Shown here: positions 39,694 through 48,808 of the stretch, piece by piece | Position numbering within the stretch: the first letter of the stretch is position 1 | Layout of the letters: each line of letters begins with the position of its first letter | NCBI GenBank assembly: GCA_018396415.1 | Contig: JAGTRE010000002.1 | Location: forward strand, 96,824 to 160,823 | Direction: 5' to 3' | DNA: 64,000 nt | Source: Candidatus Bathyarchaeota archaeon | Lineage (GTDB): Archaea; Thermoproteota; Bathyarchaeia; RBG-16-48-13; JAGTRE01 | Notes under the pieces: model-generated | What the model was told of the DNA's origin: nothing | Databases searched by the model: none | Seen by the model: the letters and a program-made list of their open reading frames with translations, nothing else | Position numbers and translations under genes: made by a program

Positions 39694-40184
39694 ACTTTCT
39701 CACCTACTTTTGCTACAATTTTTTGCAAAAGCTCAGCAAGCGTTCTAGATGTTTTTTCTAGCTCTGGAGTAAGTCCAGTTCCGAAGCTTGTGTCCTTCGG
39801 CTGGATAGCTAAAAGAATGACTTTGGCATTCGTCGTTTGTTTAACGTATTCAGCGAATATATTCAAGGGAAGAGTGTGAGTAGAGATTGCAAGCCCTTTG
39901 ATTTTATCAGGGGGGACTAAACGCGCTCTCCCAGGCGGAAGCTGGAGCAATGCAGCATCAATCATGATCACGTGCGTTGGGTGAAATTGTTGCACATCTC
40001 GGGTGAAACTTTCAGGAACAGTTTCACAATTAATTAACCTAACGGTTCGTGGTACTCTTCCCTTTAACTGATTAACTATGGCCACGCCAATTGAGTCATC
40101 TCGGCGAATAGGGCTTCCAATCCCAAGAATTACGAGGCGCTTCGCTCCTCTCAGCCATGACGCAAGTTCTCCTGCGATAGGCAA
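39678..40184 (-). CDS. Hydrogenase maturation protease-like (HycI/HybD/FrhD family)
   Basis: LVILGIGSPIRRDDSIGV matches the GxGNxxxxDDGxG family motif; 168 aa; overlaps the downstream eIF-2B-family gene. Confidence 0.6.
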   Translation of the reverse strand: MPIAGELASWLRGAKRLVILGIGSPIRRDDSIGVAIVNQLKGRVPRTVRLINCETVPESFTRDVQQFHPTHVIMIDAALLQLPPGRARLVPPDKIKGLAISTHTLPLNIFAEYVKQTTNAKVILLAIQPKDTSFGTGLTPELEKTSRTLAELLQKIVAKVGEKVWGKV

Positions 40185-40242
40185 ACTCGATTCTCCTCAA
40201 AACCTAACCTTTATTGGAGAAACGTTATAATACTTGTAGACG

Positions 40243-40779
40243 GTGTTAACGTTGGCTCTACAAATCGAGGCGATTTATGTTGAAGGAAAACTAATCGTTT
40301 CCTCATCGGAAGCAGTTTCATCTCTAGAGCAAAGAGGCTATGGCACAAAGGAAGAAAAAACGGGTTTAATTCTTTCACCCACTGAAGCCCTCTACTTACT
40401 TGGTGACAAGAAACTCCGTGTAGTTGACAAAGATAGTGGCATTGAACAAGATTTTCCAACGCTCCTTGGAAAAATACGTACAATTGATCCTGAAATTTGG
40501 ATAAGATATCTGATTTACAGAGATCTTAGAGATCGAGGTTACGTTGTCCGCGAAGGCTTTGGTCTCGGAGTTGACTTCCGAGTATACGAACGGGGGCAAT
40601 ACGGGGAAGAAGCAGCCAAATACATTGTATTTGGGATTTCAGAAGGGACTCCAATTCCTGTTGGGAAAATTGTTGAACTCCTAAGATACGTCCAAAGTTT
40701 GAAACGTGAACTCGTACTCGCAGTTATCGACCGACGGGGAGAGATTGTGTATTACTCTGTCTCACAATTGACATTCTAG
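40243..40779 (+). CDS. endA: tRNA-splicing endonuclease EndA (short, about 178-aa form)
   Basis: Catalytic-domain block RDLRDRGYVVREGFGLGVDFRVYERG with conserved Tyr/His/Lys context. Confidence 0.85.
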   Translation: MLTLALQIEAIYVEGKLIVSSSEAVSSLEQRGYGTKEEKTGLILSPTEALYLLGDKKLRVVDKDSGIEQDFPTLLGKIRTIDPEIWIRYLIYRDLRDRGYVVREGFGLGVDFRVYERGQYGEEAAKYIVFGISEGTPIPVGKIVELLRYVQSLKRELVLAVIDRRGEIVYYSVSQLTF

Positions 40780-40806
40780 TAACAATTTGGATCCAAAAAA
40801 GGATAA

Positions 40807-42117
40807 TTATTTGCCGCAACTTAACATTTGTATCAACTCATCAACAGAAATCTCTCTTTCTTCTCGAGTTTCCATCACTTTCAATCTAAACTTCCCTTTT
40901 TGAATTTCTTCTGGACCAATGATAAGCACATATGGAATTCCTTTAGAATCAGCGTATTCGAGTTGCTTTGTCAGCCGCCTTCCCATAAGGTCGACCTCAG
41001 TTGAAATCCCAGCTTCCCTAGTTCGTCTGGCAATTGCCAAGGCATCCTTATGTAAACTTTCATCAACCGTGGAGATGAATAACTTCACCAAGGTCTTTGG
41101 CTGATTAAACATTCCCTCGTCTTCCATTATCTCAACAATCCGCTCAATACCAATTGATATTCCGGTCGCAGGCGAAGGCGCGCCACCATAAAGTGCGATC
41201 AAATTATCGTATCGCCCGCCCCCAGCAACGCTCCCTACATTTTTCTTGGCTTGAACATTAATTTCATATATGGGTCCAGTGTAGTAATCTAAACCCCGCA
41301 CTAAGCTAAAATCAACGATAAATTTACCTGCAATTGCATAGTCGGTAGCTTTTTCAAGTATTTCGTCAAGCTCACTCAATCCCTCTTCTGCAATTTTAAT
41401 TCCGCCCAAAAGTTTTCTTGCCTTTTCAGGGATTTCGTTAACACCCTTCAGTGAGACGTATTCCAGTAGCATTTCACTAGACTCCTCAGATATGCCACGC
41501 TTTAAAAGTTCCTTTTTAACTCCATCTAATCCTATTTTATCTAGTTTATCAAACGCACGAAATACACCAAATGCCTTGGACTCCGGGATGCCAGCTAATC
41601 GGACAAACCCGTCTAGAACTTTCCGATTGCTAAGCCTAAGCGTGAAATTCGTAAAACCTAAAGCCTTTAGGCAGTCTGCTGCCACAGCAAGTACCTCGAC
41701 ATCAGCGTCCATCTTACTACTGCCAACCACATCCGCGTCCGCTTGCCAAAACTCGCGAAAACGCCCGCTTTGAGGTTCCTCATAGCGCCAAACCCGCGAG
41801 ATACAATATCGCTTGAATGGTTTGGGAATTGCCGGATTGCTGGCCACTAACCGTGCCAGGGGAACCGTCAAATCAAATCTCAAGCCAAGCAACCGGCCAC
41901 CACGATCTTCGAATTTATAGATTTGTTCTCGGATTTCTTCACCGCACTTTGCAGTTAAAACATCCCACTGCTCAAAAGCTGGGGTTTCAATTTCGTCAAA
42001 ACCATAGTTCTCAAAAACCTTACGAATTTTCTCCATAACAAACCGACGCTTAATCATTTCTTTCGGCATAAAGTCTCGAGTTCCGCGAGGGCGTCCAATC
42101 TTTTTTCCTTTAAACAT
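40807..42117 (-). CDS. hisS: Histidyl-tRNA synthetase
   Basis: Class II motifs, HisRS N-terminus RGTRDFMP, C-terminal anticodon-binding domain; 436 aa. Confidence 0.9.
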   Translation of the reverse strand: MFKGKKIGRPRGTRDFMPKEMIKRRFVMEKIRKVFENYGFDEIETPAFEQWDVLTAKCGEEIREQIYKFEDRGGRLLGLRFDLTVPLARLVASNPAIPKPFKRYCISRVWRYEEPQSGRFREFWQADADVVGSSKMDADVEVLAVAADCLKALGFTNFTLRLSNRKVLDGFVRLAGIPESKAFGVFRAFDKLDKIGLDGVKKELLKRGISEESSEMLLEYVSLKGVNEIPEKARKLLGGIKIAEEGLSELDEILEKATDYAIAGKFIVDFSLVRGLDYYTGPIYEINVQAKKNVGSVAGGGRYDNLIALYGGAPSPATGISIGIERIVEIMEDEGMFNQPKTLVKLFISTVDESLHKDALAIARRTREAGISTEVDLMGRRLTKQLEYADSKGIPYVLIIGPEEIQKGKFRLKVMETREEREISVDELIQMLSCGK

Positions 42118-42189
42118 ATTGCACCAGCTTCTAGAAATCGCTTGAAATAAATGGGAAATTAAAGCTTAAAGATGTTTAGTTAGGTGAGG

Positions 42190-42299
42190 TGGCGGGCCTG
42201 ACGGGATTTGAACCCGCGACCTACAGCTTTCCCCAGAGGCTATAGGAGGCTCGGCTGATCTGGTCATCTGCCGCGCTGTCCAAACTGCGCCACAGGCCC
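42190..42299 (-). tRNA. Intron-containing tRNA (about 32-34 nt extra); anticodon not resolved, intron probably non-canonical
   Basis: Minus-strand RNA GGGCCTG-TG-GCGC-AGTTTGGACA-GCGC-G-...-AGGTC-GCGGG-TTCAAAT-CCCGT-CAGGCCC-G-CCA. Intervening region contains hairpin GGCAGAT-GACCAG-ATCAGCC; no U33-containing loop is found at a canonical position. Confidence 0.55.
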
Positions 42300-42630
42300 C
42301 AGTTTAATCGATAACTTAGATATTCCTTAAACTTTCTGTTTGACAAACTTATAGTTGAATAAACTTGGCACGTCTATAGGCTCATTAGCCCGTTTTAGCC
42401 GACCTTTCGAACTTAGACTCTGTAATTGCCTCCTCCTGCCAACGCGAACGCCACATTTTCAAATTCAGCTGTTCACATACCCTTCCGCCATGAGCTCCCA
42501 GAATCGTATCATTCATTAACAGATATTGTCATAAATGCACTGAGCAATAGTAAACCTTCGATAAGGCATTGGATATTAAGGTCCATTAAGTAAAGACTTA
42601 AGTTTAACAAAAAAATTCGATAAACTAAGG

Positions 42631-42764
42631 CGGGGGTACCCGAGCCAGGTCTATGTCGCGGTCCAGAAGCCGGACGGCTTGAGGGGGCGGTAGCTAGACA
42701 CTGCCCAAACTTAAGATCCGCTGGCGAAGGCCTTCGTGGGTTCGAATCCCACCCCCCGCACCAC
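42631..42764 (+). tRNA. tRNA-Leu (anticodon TAA) with a 47-nt intron inside the 5' strand of the anticodon stem (near position 30/31, non-canonical)
   Basis: GCGGGGG...CCCCCGC-A-CCA acceptor; T-arm GTGGG-TTCGAAT-CCCAC; long variable arm. Exon 1 ends ...GTCGCGG (42662); exon 2 resumes A-CTTAAGA-TCCGC (42710 onward), giving stem GCGGA/TCCGC and loop CTTAAGA. Intron TCCAGAAGCC...TGCCCAA spans 42663-42709. Confidence 0.8.
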
Positions 42765-42941
42765 CGAAAATCAAAGTAGATTCGAAAACAGACCGTGCCA
42801 AATTGAACATAAAAATTGAGGAGTCAACTAGCTATAAAGGCATGCGACAAAGTGAAGGGATATAACCGCTGTTCTTCCCAACATGTTTTTGTCGGTATGT
42901 GAAAATTAATCGGAAAACGACAAACGAAATTCTTTACCGAC

Positions 42942-44390
42942 TTAAACCTTCACAACTTCAAGATTTGCGGCAAACTCTTTACTGGGCTCCTCTAATTCAC
43001 GGATACAGCCAGGATCTGGTGCCAGATAGTCTTTGTAGTATCCATAAGCCCTAGCTCTACAACCCCCGCATATATACATATACTGGCAATGTCCACATCG
43101 TCCCTTTAGATTTTCACGCCTCCGTAAATCCGCTAGAACAGGCGAGTTAAGCCAGATTTCTTTAAAGCTCTGGGTTTTAAGGTCGCCAACAGCAATTGGC
43201 ATAAAAACGCATGGCGTGACCAAACCGTTTGGCTCAATTGCACAATAAATCCTCCCCGCACCGCATCCACCTAGGAAGTCAGCTAGATATTTGGTTTTAC
43301 CGGATAAGTTGTACGCAGCAAAGTGAGTGGGTGCTGTCAAATCTTTATTTTCCTCCAAGGCCTTTTGCATACATACTCTTGCATACTGTGGTGCAGTACA
43401 AAACGTTTGGATTTCACCCTTGGTCAATTCGTTATATAAATATTCGAGGAGATGTTCCCGTTCAACAGGGGATATATCAAGACTTACTATCTCAGACCCG
43501 CGGCCAGCGGGAATAAAGTTGAAGACTACCACTCGTTTAACTTTGAGCCTTTTACCCAACTCTACAATATCGGGGATGCTATGAATATTATGCTTGGTCA
43601 CGGTTACAGCGATACATGTATAAATGTCCTTTTCAATTAAGTTACGAATACCCTCAACTGCTCTTTCGAAACAGCCAGGAACCCCACGAAAGGCATCGTG
43701 GACCTCTGGAGTTGCACCGTCAAGACTCACCTCTACATAACCTATATCGGCTTCTCTTAATTTCGTAGCCATCGCCTTTGTTACCATAGTCCCATTGGTA
43801 GCTACAGAAACGTAGATCCCTTTCTTGGCTGCATACCCGGCAACGTCTAAAAAGTCTGAACGGAGAAACGGTTCACCCCCCGAGAAAGCTAGGGAAACGA
43901 CGTTTTCCTGATCAAGTTCATCTACGATTTCTTTTCTCTTCTCCGTTGGAAGCTCGTCATATGAAAGTTCCCCCGCATTTTGGTAACAATGCTTGCACCT
44001 TAGGTTACATGCGTTTGTGTAATTCCATACAACGAGAAAGGGAGCTCCAGCGGTCTGAGGCTTATTGATTCCAAAGGTAGCTATCCCAGATAGAACATTG
44101 GCTATTCCCCGTTTGACATAGGGGTCGCGAAGAGCTCTCCTTAACTGTTCACCGGTTATACCGAATGCTTTGCCACCGTTATTGAGAGCCCGATTAACAG
44201 CTATTGAAACAAGTTTTGCAGAGAGACAACGGTGTTTTCCTTTTCCTTCGTTGAAATAATCGTCAAGCGCCACTTCTAAATGCGTTTCTCCACATTTAGG
44301 ACATATTTTACTTGCTGATTTTATTACTGCTCTGATTATAGGATTATTTACAACGGATAGAAACGTATATACTTCTTCTGTCATCGGCAT
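42942..44390 (-). CDS. Radical SAM / SPASM-domain enzyme with an about 110-aa N-terminal extension containing a zinc ribbon
   Basis: CNLRCKHC (CxxxCxxC) radical SAM cluster; C-terminal Cys-rich SPASM region (CxxCxxxxxC...CGGC); N-terminal CPKCGETHLEV; 482 aa. Confidence 0.7.
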   Translation of the reverse strand: MPMTEEVYTFLSVVNNPIIRAVIKSASKICPKCGETHLEVALDDYFNEGKGKHRCLSAKLVSIAVNRALNNGGKAFGITGEQLRRALRDPYVKRGIANVLSGIATFGINKPQTAGAPFLVVWNYTNACNLRCKHCYQNAGELSYDELPTEKRKEIVDELDQENVVSLAFSGGEPFLRSDFLDVAGYAAKKGIYVSVATNGTMVTKAMATKLREADIGYVEVSLDGATPEVHDAFRGVPGCFERAVEGIRNLIEKDIYTCIAVTVTKHNIHSIPDIVELGKRLKVKRVVVFNFIPAGRGSEIVSLDISPVEREHLLEYLYNELTKGEIQTFCTAPQYARVCMQKALEENKDLTAPTHFAAYNLSGKTKYLADFLGGCGAGRIYCAIEPNGLVTPCVFMPIAVGDLKTQSFKEIWLNSPVLADLRRRENLKGRCGHCQYMYICGGCRARAYGYYKDYLAPDPGCIRELEEPSKEFAANLEVVKV

Positions 44391-44695
44391 CGCCAGACCG
44401 ACTTATCAAGAAACTTGTTATTCGAAAACCACCTATTGAATACTCTTTAGAAAATTTATAGTTAACCATCATCAGACAATCACACATTAAAAAGTTGCCT
44501 TACCATTCCATTTTCGATTCATTTAGAAACTTAACATAAGCTTAATATAGGAAGCATACCACACGCTTTACAGAGTTAGACTAAGATGATAAGTGCCAAA
44601 CCAAGATACACAGTAAATAAGACCCTTTTTTTAAGTAGGCAACGCTCATATGATGACGACTTTTTTCTCATTCAAGAAAAATAGGAGGATAGTAT

Positions 44696-44983
44696 TTGCC
44701 GAGAAGGCTTCCAAAAAAGACAGTTGAACGGGGTGAGCGTAGTTTCAGAACCTTCAGAAGACCAGTATTTGACTTTGATCCTAGAAGACAGGTAAGGCTA
44801 GCCCCGGTTAAAGAAGGAGAAGAACATAACGTGACAATTGAGGCAATAGGACGAAAAGGTGATGGGATAGCAAAGATTCAAGGCTTCACCATTTTTGTAC
44901 CGGGGACAAAAACCGGTGACAGTGTCAAAGTTCGCATCACCAGCGTGAGGGGAAGCTCTGCTTTAGCTACTGTGTTACATTAA
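44696..44983 (+). CDS. TRAM-domain protein (standalone OB-fold RNA-binding protein) with Arg-rich N-terminal extension
   Basis: EAIGRKGDGIAKIQGFTIFVPGTKTGDSVKVRITSV matches archaeal standalone TRAM proteins. Confidence 0.7.
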   Translation: MPRRLPKKTVERGERSFRTFRRPVFDFDPRRQVRLAPVKEGEEHNVTIEAIGRKGDGIAKIQGFTIFVPGTKTGDSVKVRITSVRGSSALATVLH

Positions 44984-45063
44984 GCTAAGAGGTGCAACTC
45001 TCGTATAGATTGAACACAAGATTCGGCAAATTAATGTTATCAAGAAAAGTGGAGGTAAAATAA

Positions 45064-45291
45064 ATGGGTTATAGAGAAAGATCGTTCAGGGATAGAGGTT
45101 TCGCACCGAAGCCCGTGGAATTAGGTAAAGAATATGAAGTAGATATAAAGGAAACCAGTCGCAGAGGAGAAGGAATCGCAAGAATACGTGGATTTGTTAT
45201 TTTTGTACCAGATACTAAACCGGGAGATCACGTGAGGGTTAAGGTAACTAGAGTAAGCAGTCGTTTTGCGGCAGCGGAAGTAGTTAAGTAG
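45064..45291 (+). CDS. TRAM-domain protein (paralogue of the preceding gene)
   Basis: KETSRRGEGIARIRGFVIFVPDTKPGDHVRVKVTRV; 75 aa. Confidence 0.75.
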   Translation: MGYRERSFRDRGFAPKPVELGKEYEVDIKETSRRGEGIARIRGFVIFVPDTKPGDHVRVKVTRVSSRFAAAEVVK

Positions 45292-45339
45292 CACAGCAAA
45301 AGCATTCGCAAGAAAAAGTTTCCGTACCTATTGAATGGA

Positions 45340-45482
45340 GGCCGCGGTCGGGATTTGAACCCGAGCGACCGTCCCATTCCTTTAATCAATTAATGGAATG
45401 GGTGTCCGGCTCCATTGACCAGGATAGAGGCTACGCATTAATCCTTCAGGCCGGTAGGCTAACCAGACTACCTCACCGCGGC
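45340..45482 (-). tRNA. tRNA with two introns (about 32 nt in the anticodon loop, about 36 nt hairpin in the variable region); anticodon reads GAA (Phe-like) but discriminator is C
   Basis: Minus-strand RNA GCCGCGG-TG-AGGT-AGTCTGGTTAG-CCTA-CCGGC-CTGAAG[32 nt]A-GCCGG-[CCCATTCC-ATTAATTGATTAAA-GGAATGGG hairpin]-TCGGG-TTCAAAT-CCCGA-CCGCGGC-C; 143 nt. Confidence 0.5.
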
Positions 45483-45584
45483 CAACTTTTGCCATCCTTA
45501 CAACCATCACTTTTTCATTAAGTTTTCTTTAAAGGTTGTTGGACAACTAACCTTAGGGAATTTGGAAGATTGAAGTATGAGCCC

Positions 45585-48500
45585 TTAATTAGAATTTGCT
45601 GCTTTTTTAAAACATCGTTTACATCGGATAACCGGGAAAAGTAGTTTACGAGTGCGAATGAGGCAGTCAGAGCAAGCTTTTGCACCGCAATGTGGACAAA
45701 CACTTATGTGTTGACGACATACAATTTTACCACAAACCTCACATCGCTGCGAACAAGCAGCACATAAAATTTGACCGCACACTGCACATGTATACTTTCC
45801 TTCCTTGATACAATAGGTCGTACCACACGTCGGGCAGCTCCAAGAATCTGGTTTACAAACCTTAAGTCCACAGATATTACATACAACAAGGCATTTCTCA
45901 CAATTCATTTTTCCACAGATTGGGCATTGCACAAGAAGCGACGGGCATACCTCCCTTTTGCACGTAACACAGGGGGTTAAGTGCCTTTGAAAATCCTCCC
46001 GACAAAAAACCTTTCCACACCCTACGCAAACAATCTTGTCTTCATCGCAAATTGGGATAAGACAGGTTTCACAAAAGGCTGATGGCAAAGTTTCAAGCAG
46101 TTTATGACAGGTTTTACAATATCCAAAATCTCCACTTCCGGTAAGCCCATTCCAAGTGATGGTGAAGGATTTTCGGAAATCGCCTCGTGAGACTTCCAGC
46201 TTAGCAGAAAACATCGGAATCCAAATTAGTTCAAAAATTGTGACATCAACTTCTCCGCGTTTAGGTTGAATTTCTCGGGCTTCAATTTCAACTGATTCTA
46301 AGGTTTTAATTTCGGCGTTTAACGCGGTTAATTTCATATCCCTTTGGCGAATAATTCCTTTAATCTTAGCCTCGAGGGATAGAATCTCTTGTTGTAATTT
46401 TCGAATATCGACATGCATGGTTTGGCGGCGAAGTTTTCTTGCCTCAATTTGATCGCGTAATCGAGTTACCCCGCGACCCTCACGTTTCACCTTTTTAATC
46501 CGATCGTTTAATTCTTGAATCTCACGATCAAGAGTTTGAATAAATCGAGTTTTAGCGGTGAGTTCCTCTTGCCGTCGCTCCAAATTACGACGAATAGATG
46601 CAACAGTCCTTTCAAACGCTTCTTCGATTTTCATAGCTCGCTTTCGCTGGATCTCGGCAATTGTTCTACGAATTTCCTCTCGAAAGTTATTGAAAGCTTC
46701 TCCAGGCGTGGAGAAGCGATCTAATAACGGATGATAGTAAACAGGTCTCACGGTCTTTTTCATAGTATATAATTCAAACTGTTTTTTCACAGCTTCAACT
46801 TTCAACCGATCTTTTAGACGAAAGTTAATTGGTGCAAACCTAGCTTTTTCAACCGGTTGCGTATCAAAAGGTTTACGAGAAACATCGGCAACTGTCACGC
46901 CATAGGCACTTTCACTGTCCCAGTCAAATGAGTTCTCACATGCGAGGAGGAGACGCCGGATTTGTTCAGAATATTTTACCTTGGGGGAAGCCCGATTTAT
47001 TCTGACTATGGCTTCGCAGTATAGGGCAGGACAGTAGGTTAGCGTAGACTCGGATAAATCAAAATTAAGTTTGGGCGTTCGATTTCGAAGTTCTTGAATA
47101 ATCCAATCCGTTCCTTTTTGAAGAGTAATATAAAATTGGGGTAAAGCCTCGGGTAAAACCGGAATAGGGGTGGTAGCATACGCAACTGAAGGCTGTGCTA
47201 GCGCCGATATCTCGGGCAGTTTAGTTGTTGGTTTAACGATTAAATCTTTGAGGCGCTCACGCTGAAGGGTGGTAATTTCCCTTACTTCATCCTTTGTTAA
47301 TGGCCCCCTATGATACACCATTAGGTGGCGAGTTGCAAAAATAATTGGGCTTGTTTGTTTTGCACTATGCAAGACAAAGAGTCTGGCCCGAAGCGAAGTA
47401 ATAATCCGGTCAAGAGCCTTCTGATCAAGCGCAACGCCTTGCTCGGAGAAAACGGTTGAGAGCCCTTCTAGAACTCGCATTCGATCCCGACTTGTTTGGA
47501 GTTTTCCAATGATCCAAATTCCACAATTGGATAACGCTTTATAATCAACATCCACTGGATTCTGGGTAGCAAGAATATTTCCTAGTCCAAATGCGCGTCC
47601 CTGCTTAAGAAGTAAAGTTAGCGGTCGCTTCGTGGGTGGTGTATATGGATGGGGAGGCAGATAACCGTAAATTTCGTCGAAGTAGAAGAGATATTTTACT
47701 GTTGGTGAGCCGGGCTGAGTGATCATCCAACCGAATAATTGCCATAAAAGTAAAGTAACGAAAAAGTGCCGCTCCCGCTCATCAAGATGAGCTACGTAAA
47801 AAATGGAGACTCGTGGCTTTTTCTCCCCTACACCAAAGAAGAAGCCAATGTCAAGTGGCATCCCCTTAACCCAACTTTCAAAGGAGGGTGAGGCGATAAT
47901 CTTGTTTAAGTCTACGGCTAATCTCTGCCGCTCCTCTGGGGTAACAAACGTATCAACCTCGATTACTCCCAACTGAGTGAAGGGGGGATTTCGAACAAAA
48001 CCGATTAACATCGGGATATCTAAGCCTTGACTATTCCGCCACGCGTGCTCAATTACATTTGAAATCAATATATGTTCCTTGCTCTTTACTGGATCCGACT
48101 CATGACCAATCATATCTAACAGAGCTGAAGCGACGTCGCGGATTCTCTCCCGCAGTATTTCCGCATCTCGGTCCCAAGACAAGCCAGCTGGCACTTGAAG
48201 CGTCTGAAGAATTGAAACTGGGATGCCCGCATCGCTTCCCGGTGTAAAAACAAGAATGTCTGCAACTTCCTTTAATTTACGGACTTTCTCCTGGGTTATC
48301 CCCCATTTAGCAAGTCCCTCACGCCATGATTCAGCGACCTCTTTGGCATATTCTTGAACACTCTTTCCGTGTCGCCGTGCCTCATCTAAACTGACCCATC
48401 GTTCGAAATCCTCTGATCGCAACTCCGGAAAAGCTAACATCAAGTTAGTTAAGTCGCCCTTCGGATCAACAAGAATAGCTGGAATCCCTTGAAGAATTGC

Positions 48501-48698
48501 CTCTTCAAGAAGCACAAGGCAAGCGCCTGTTTTCCCTGAGCCGGTCATTCCGAGAACCATGGCATGAGTGACCAAGTCGGCCCTGTCAATATAAACTGGT
48601 TCTTTGGAGACTTCCAATGTTTTTTCATCTACTTGGCGCCCAACATAGAAAAGATCTTCTCGAATACTTTCCTGAGGAGGTGTCGGAGATGAGGACAT
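45585..48698 (-). CDS. Large multidomain protein: N-terminal HerA/FtsK-superfamily (DUF87/AAA_10-like) P-loop ATPase, central coiled coil, C-terminal array of about 8-10 tandem CxxCGxxxC zinc ribbons
   Basis: Walker A LGMTGSGKTGA near residue 45 followed by DPKGDL; long heptad-rich segment (IRRTIAEIQRKRAMKIEEAFERTVASIRRNLERRQEEL...); C-terminal 180 aa with repeated C-x2-C-G-x3-C units (CVGCGKVFC, CPICGKMNC, CNICGLKVC, CPTCGTTYC, CAVCGQILC, CEVCGKIVC, CPHCGAKAC). Confidence 0.6.
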   Translation of the reverse strand: MSSSPTPPQESIREDLFYVGRQVDEKTLEVSKEPVYIDRADLVTHAMVLGMTGSGKTGACLVLLEEAILQGIPAILVDPKGDLTNLMLAFPELRSEDFERWVSLDEARRHGKSVQEYAKEVAESWREGLAKWGITQEKVRKLKEVADILVFTPGSDAGIPVSILQTLQVPAGLSWDRDAEILRERIRDVASALLDMIGHESDPVKSKEHILISNVIEHAWRNSQGLDIPMLIGFVRNPPFTQLGVIEVDTFVTPEERQRLAVDLNKIIASPSFESWVKGMPLDIGFFFGVGEKKPRVSIFYVAHLDERERHFFVTLLLWQLFGWMITQPGSPTVKYLFYFDEIYGYLPPHPYTPPTKRPLTLLLKQGRAFGLGNILATQNPVDVDYKALSNCGIWIIGKLQTSRDRMRVLEGLSTVFSEQGVALDQKALDRIITSLRARLFVLHSAKQTSPIIFATRHLMVYHRGPLTKDEVREITTLQRERLKDLIVKPTTKLPEISALAQPSVAYATTPIPVLPEALPQFYITLQKGTDWIIQELRNRTPKLNFDLSESTLTYCPALYCEAIVRINRASPKVKYSEQIRRLLLACENSFDWDSESAYGVTVADVSRKPFDTQPVEKARFAPINFRLKDRLKVEAVKKQFELYTMKKTVRPVYYHPLLDRFSTPGEAFNNFREEIRRTIAEIQRKRAMKIEEAFERTVASIRRNLERRQEELTAKTRFIQTLDREIQELNDRIKKVKREGRGVTRLRDQIEARKLRRQTMHVDIRKLQQEILSLEAKIKGIIRQRDMKLTALNAEIKTLESVEIEAREIQPKRGEVDVTIFELIWIPMFSAKLEVSRGDFRKSFTITWNGLTGSGDFGYCKTCHKLLETLPSAFCETCLIPICDEDKIVCVGCGKVFCREDFQRHLTPCVTCKREVCPSLLVQCPICGKMNCEKCLVVCNICGLKVCKPDSWSCPTCGTTYCIKEGKYTCAVCGQILCAACSQRCEVCGKIVCRQHISVCPHCGAKACSDCLIRTRKLLFPVIRCKRCFKKAANSN

Positions 48699-48808
48699 CG
48701 TACATCGATGAACGATAGCTCTAAAAACTCTTAAAAAGTGATCGGGCTAAAACCCAGATAAAATGCATTCTAAGTGTTAAATAACATAAGTAATATTCAA
48801 ACAAGCAG

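Noticed and set aside
44696-45291. The two small ORFs next to the radical SAM/SPASM gene as possible RiPP precursor peptides
   Set aside because: Both carry a clear TRAM OB-fold signature typical of archaeal RNA chaperones and are 75-95 aa; they are divergently transcribed from the rSAM gene.
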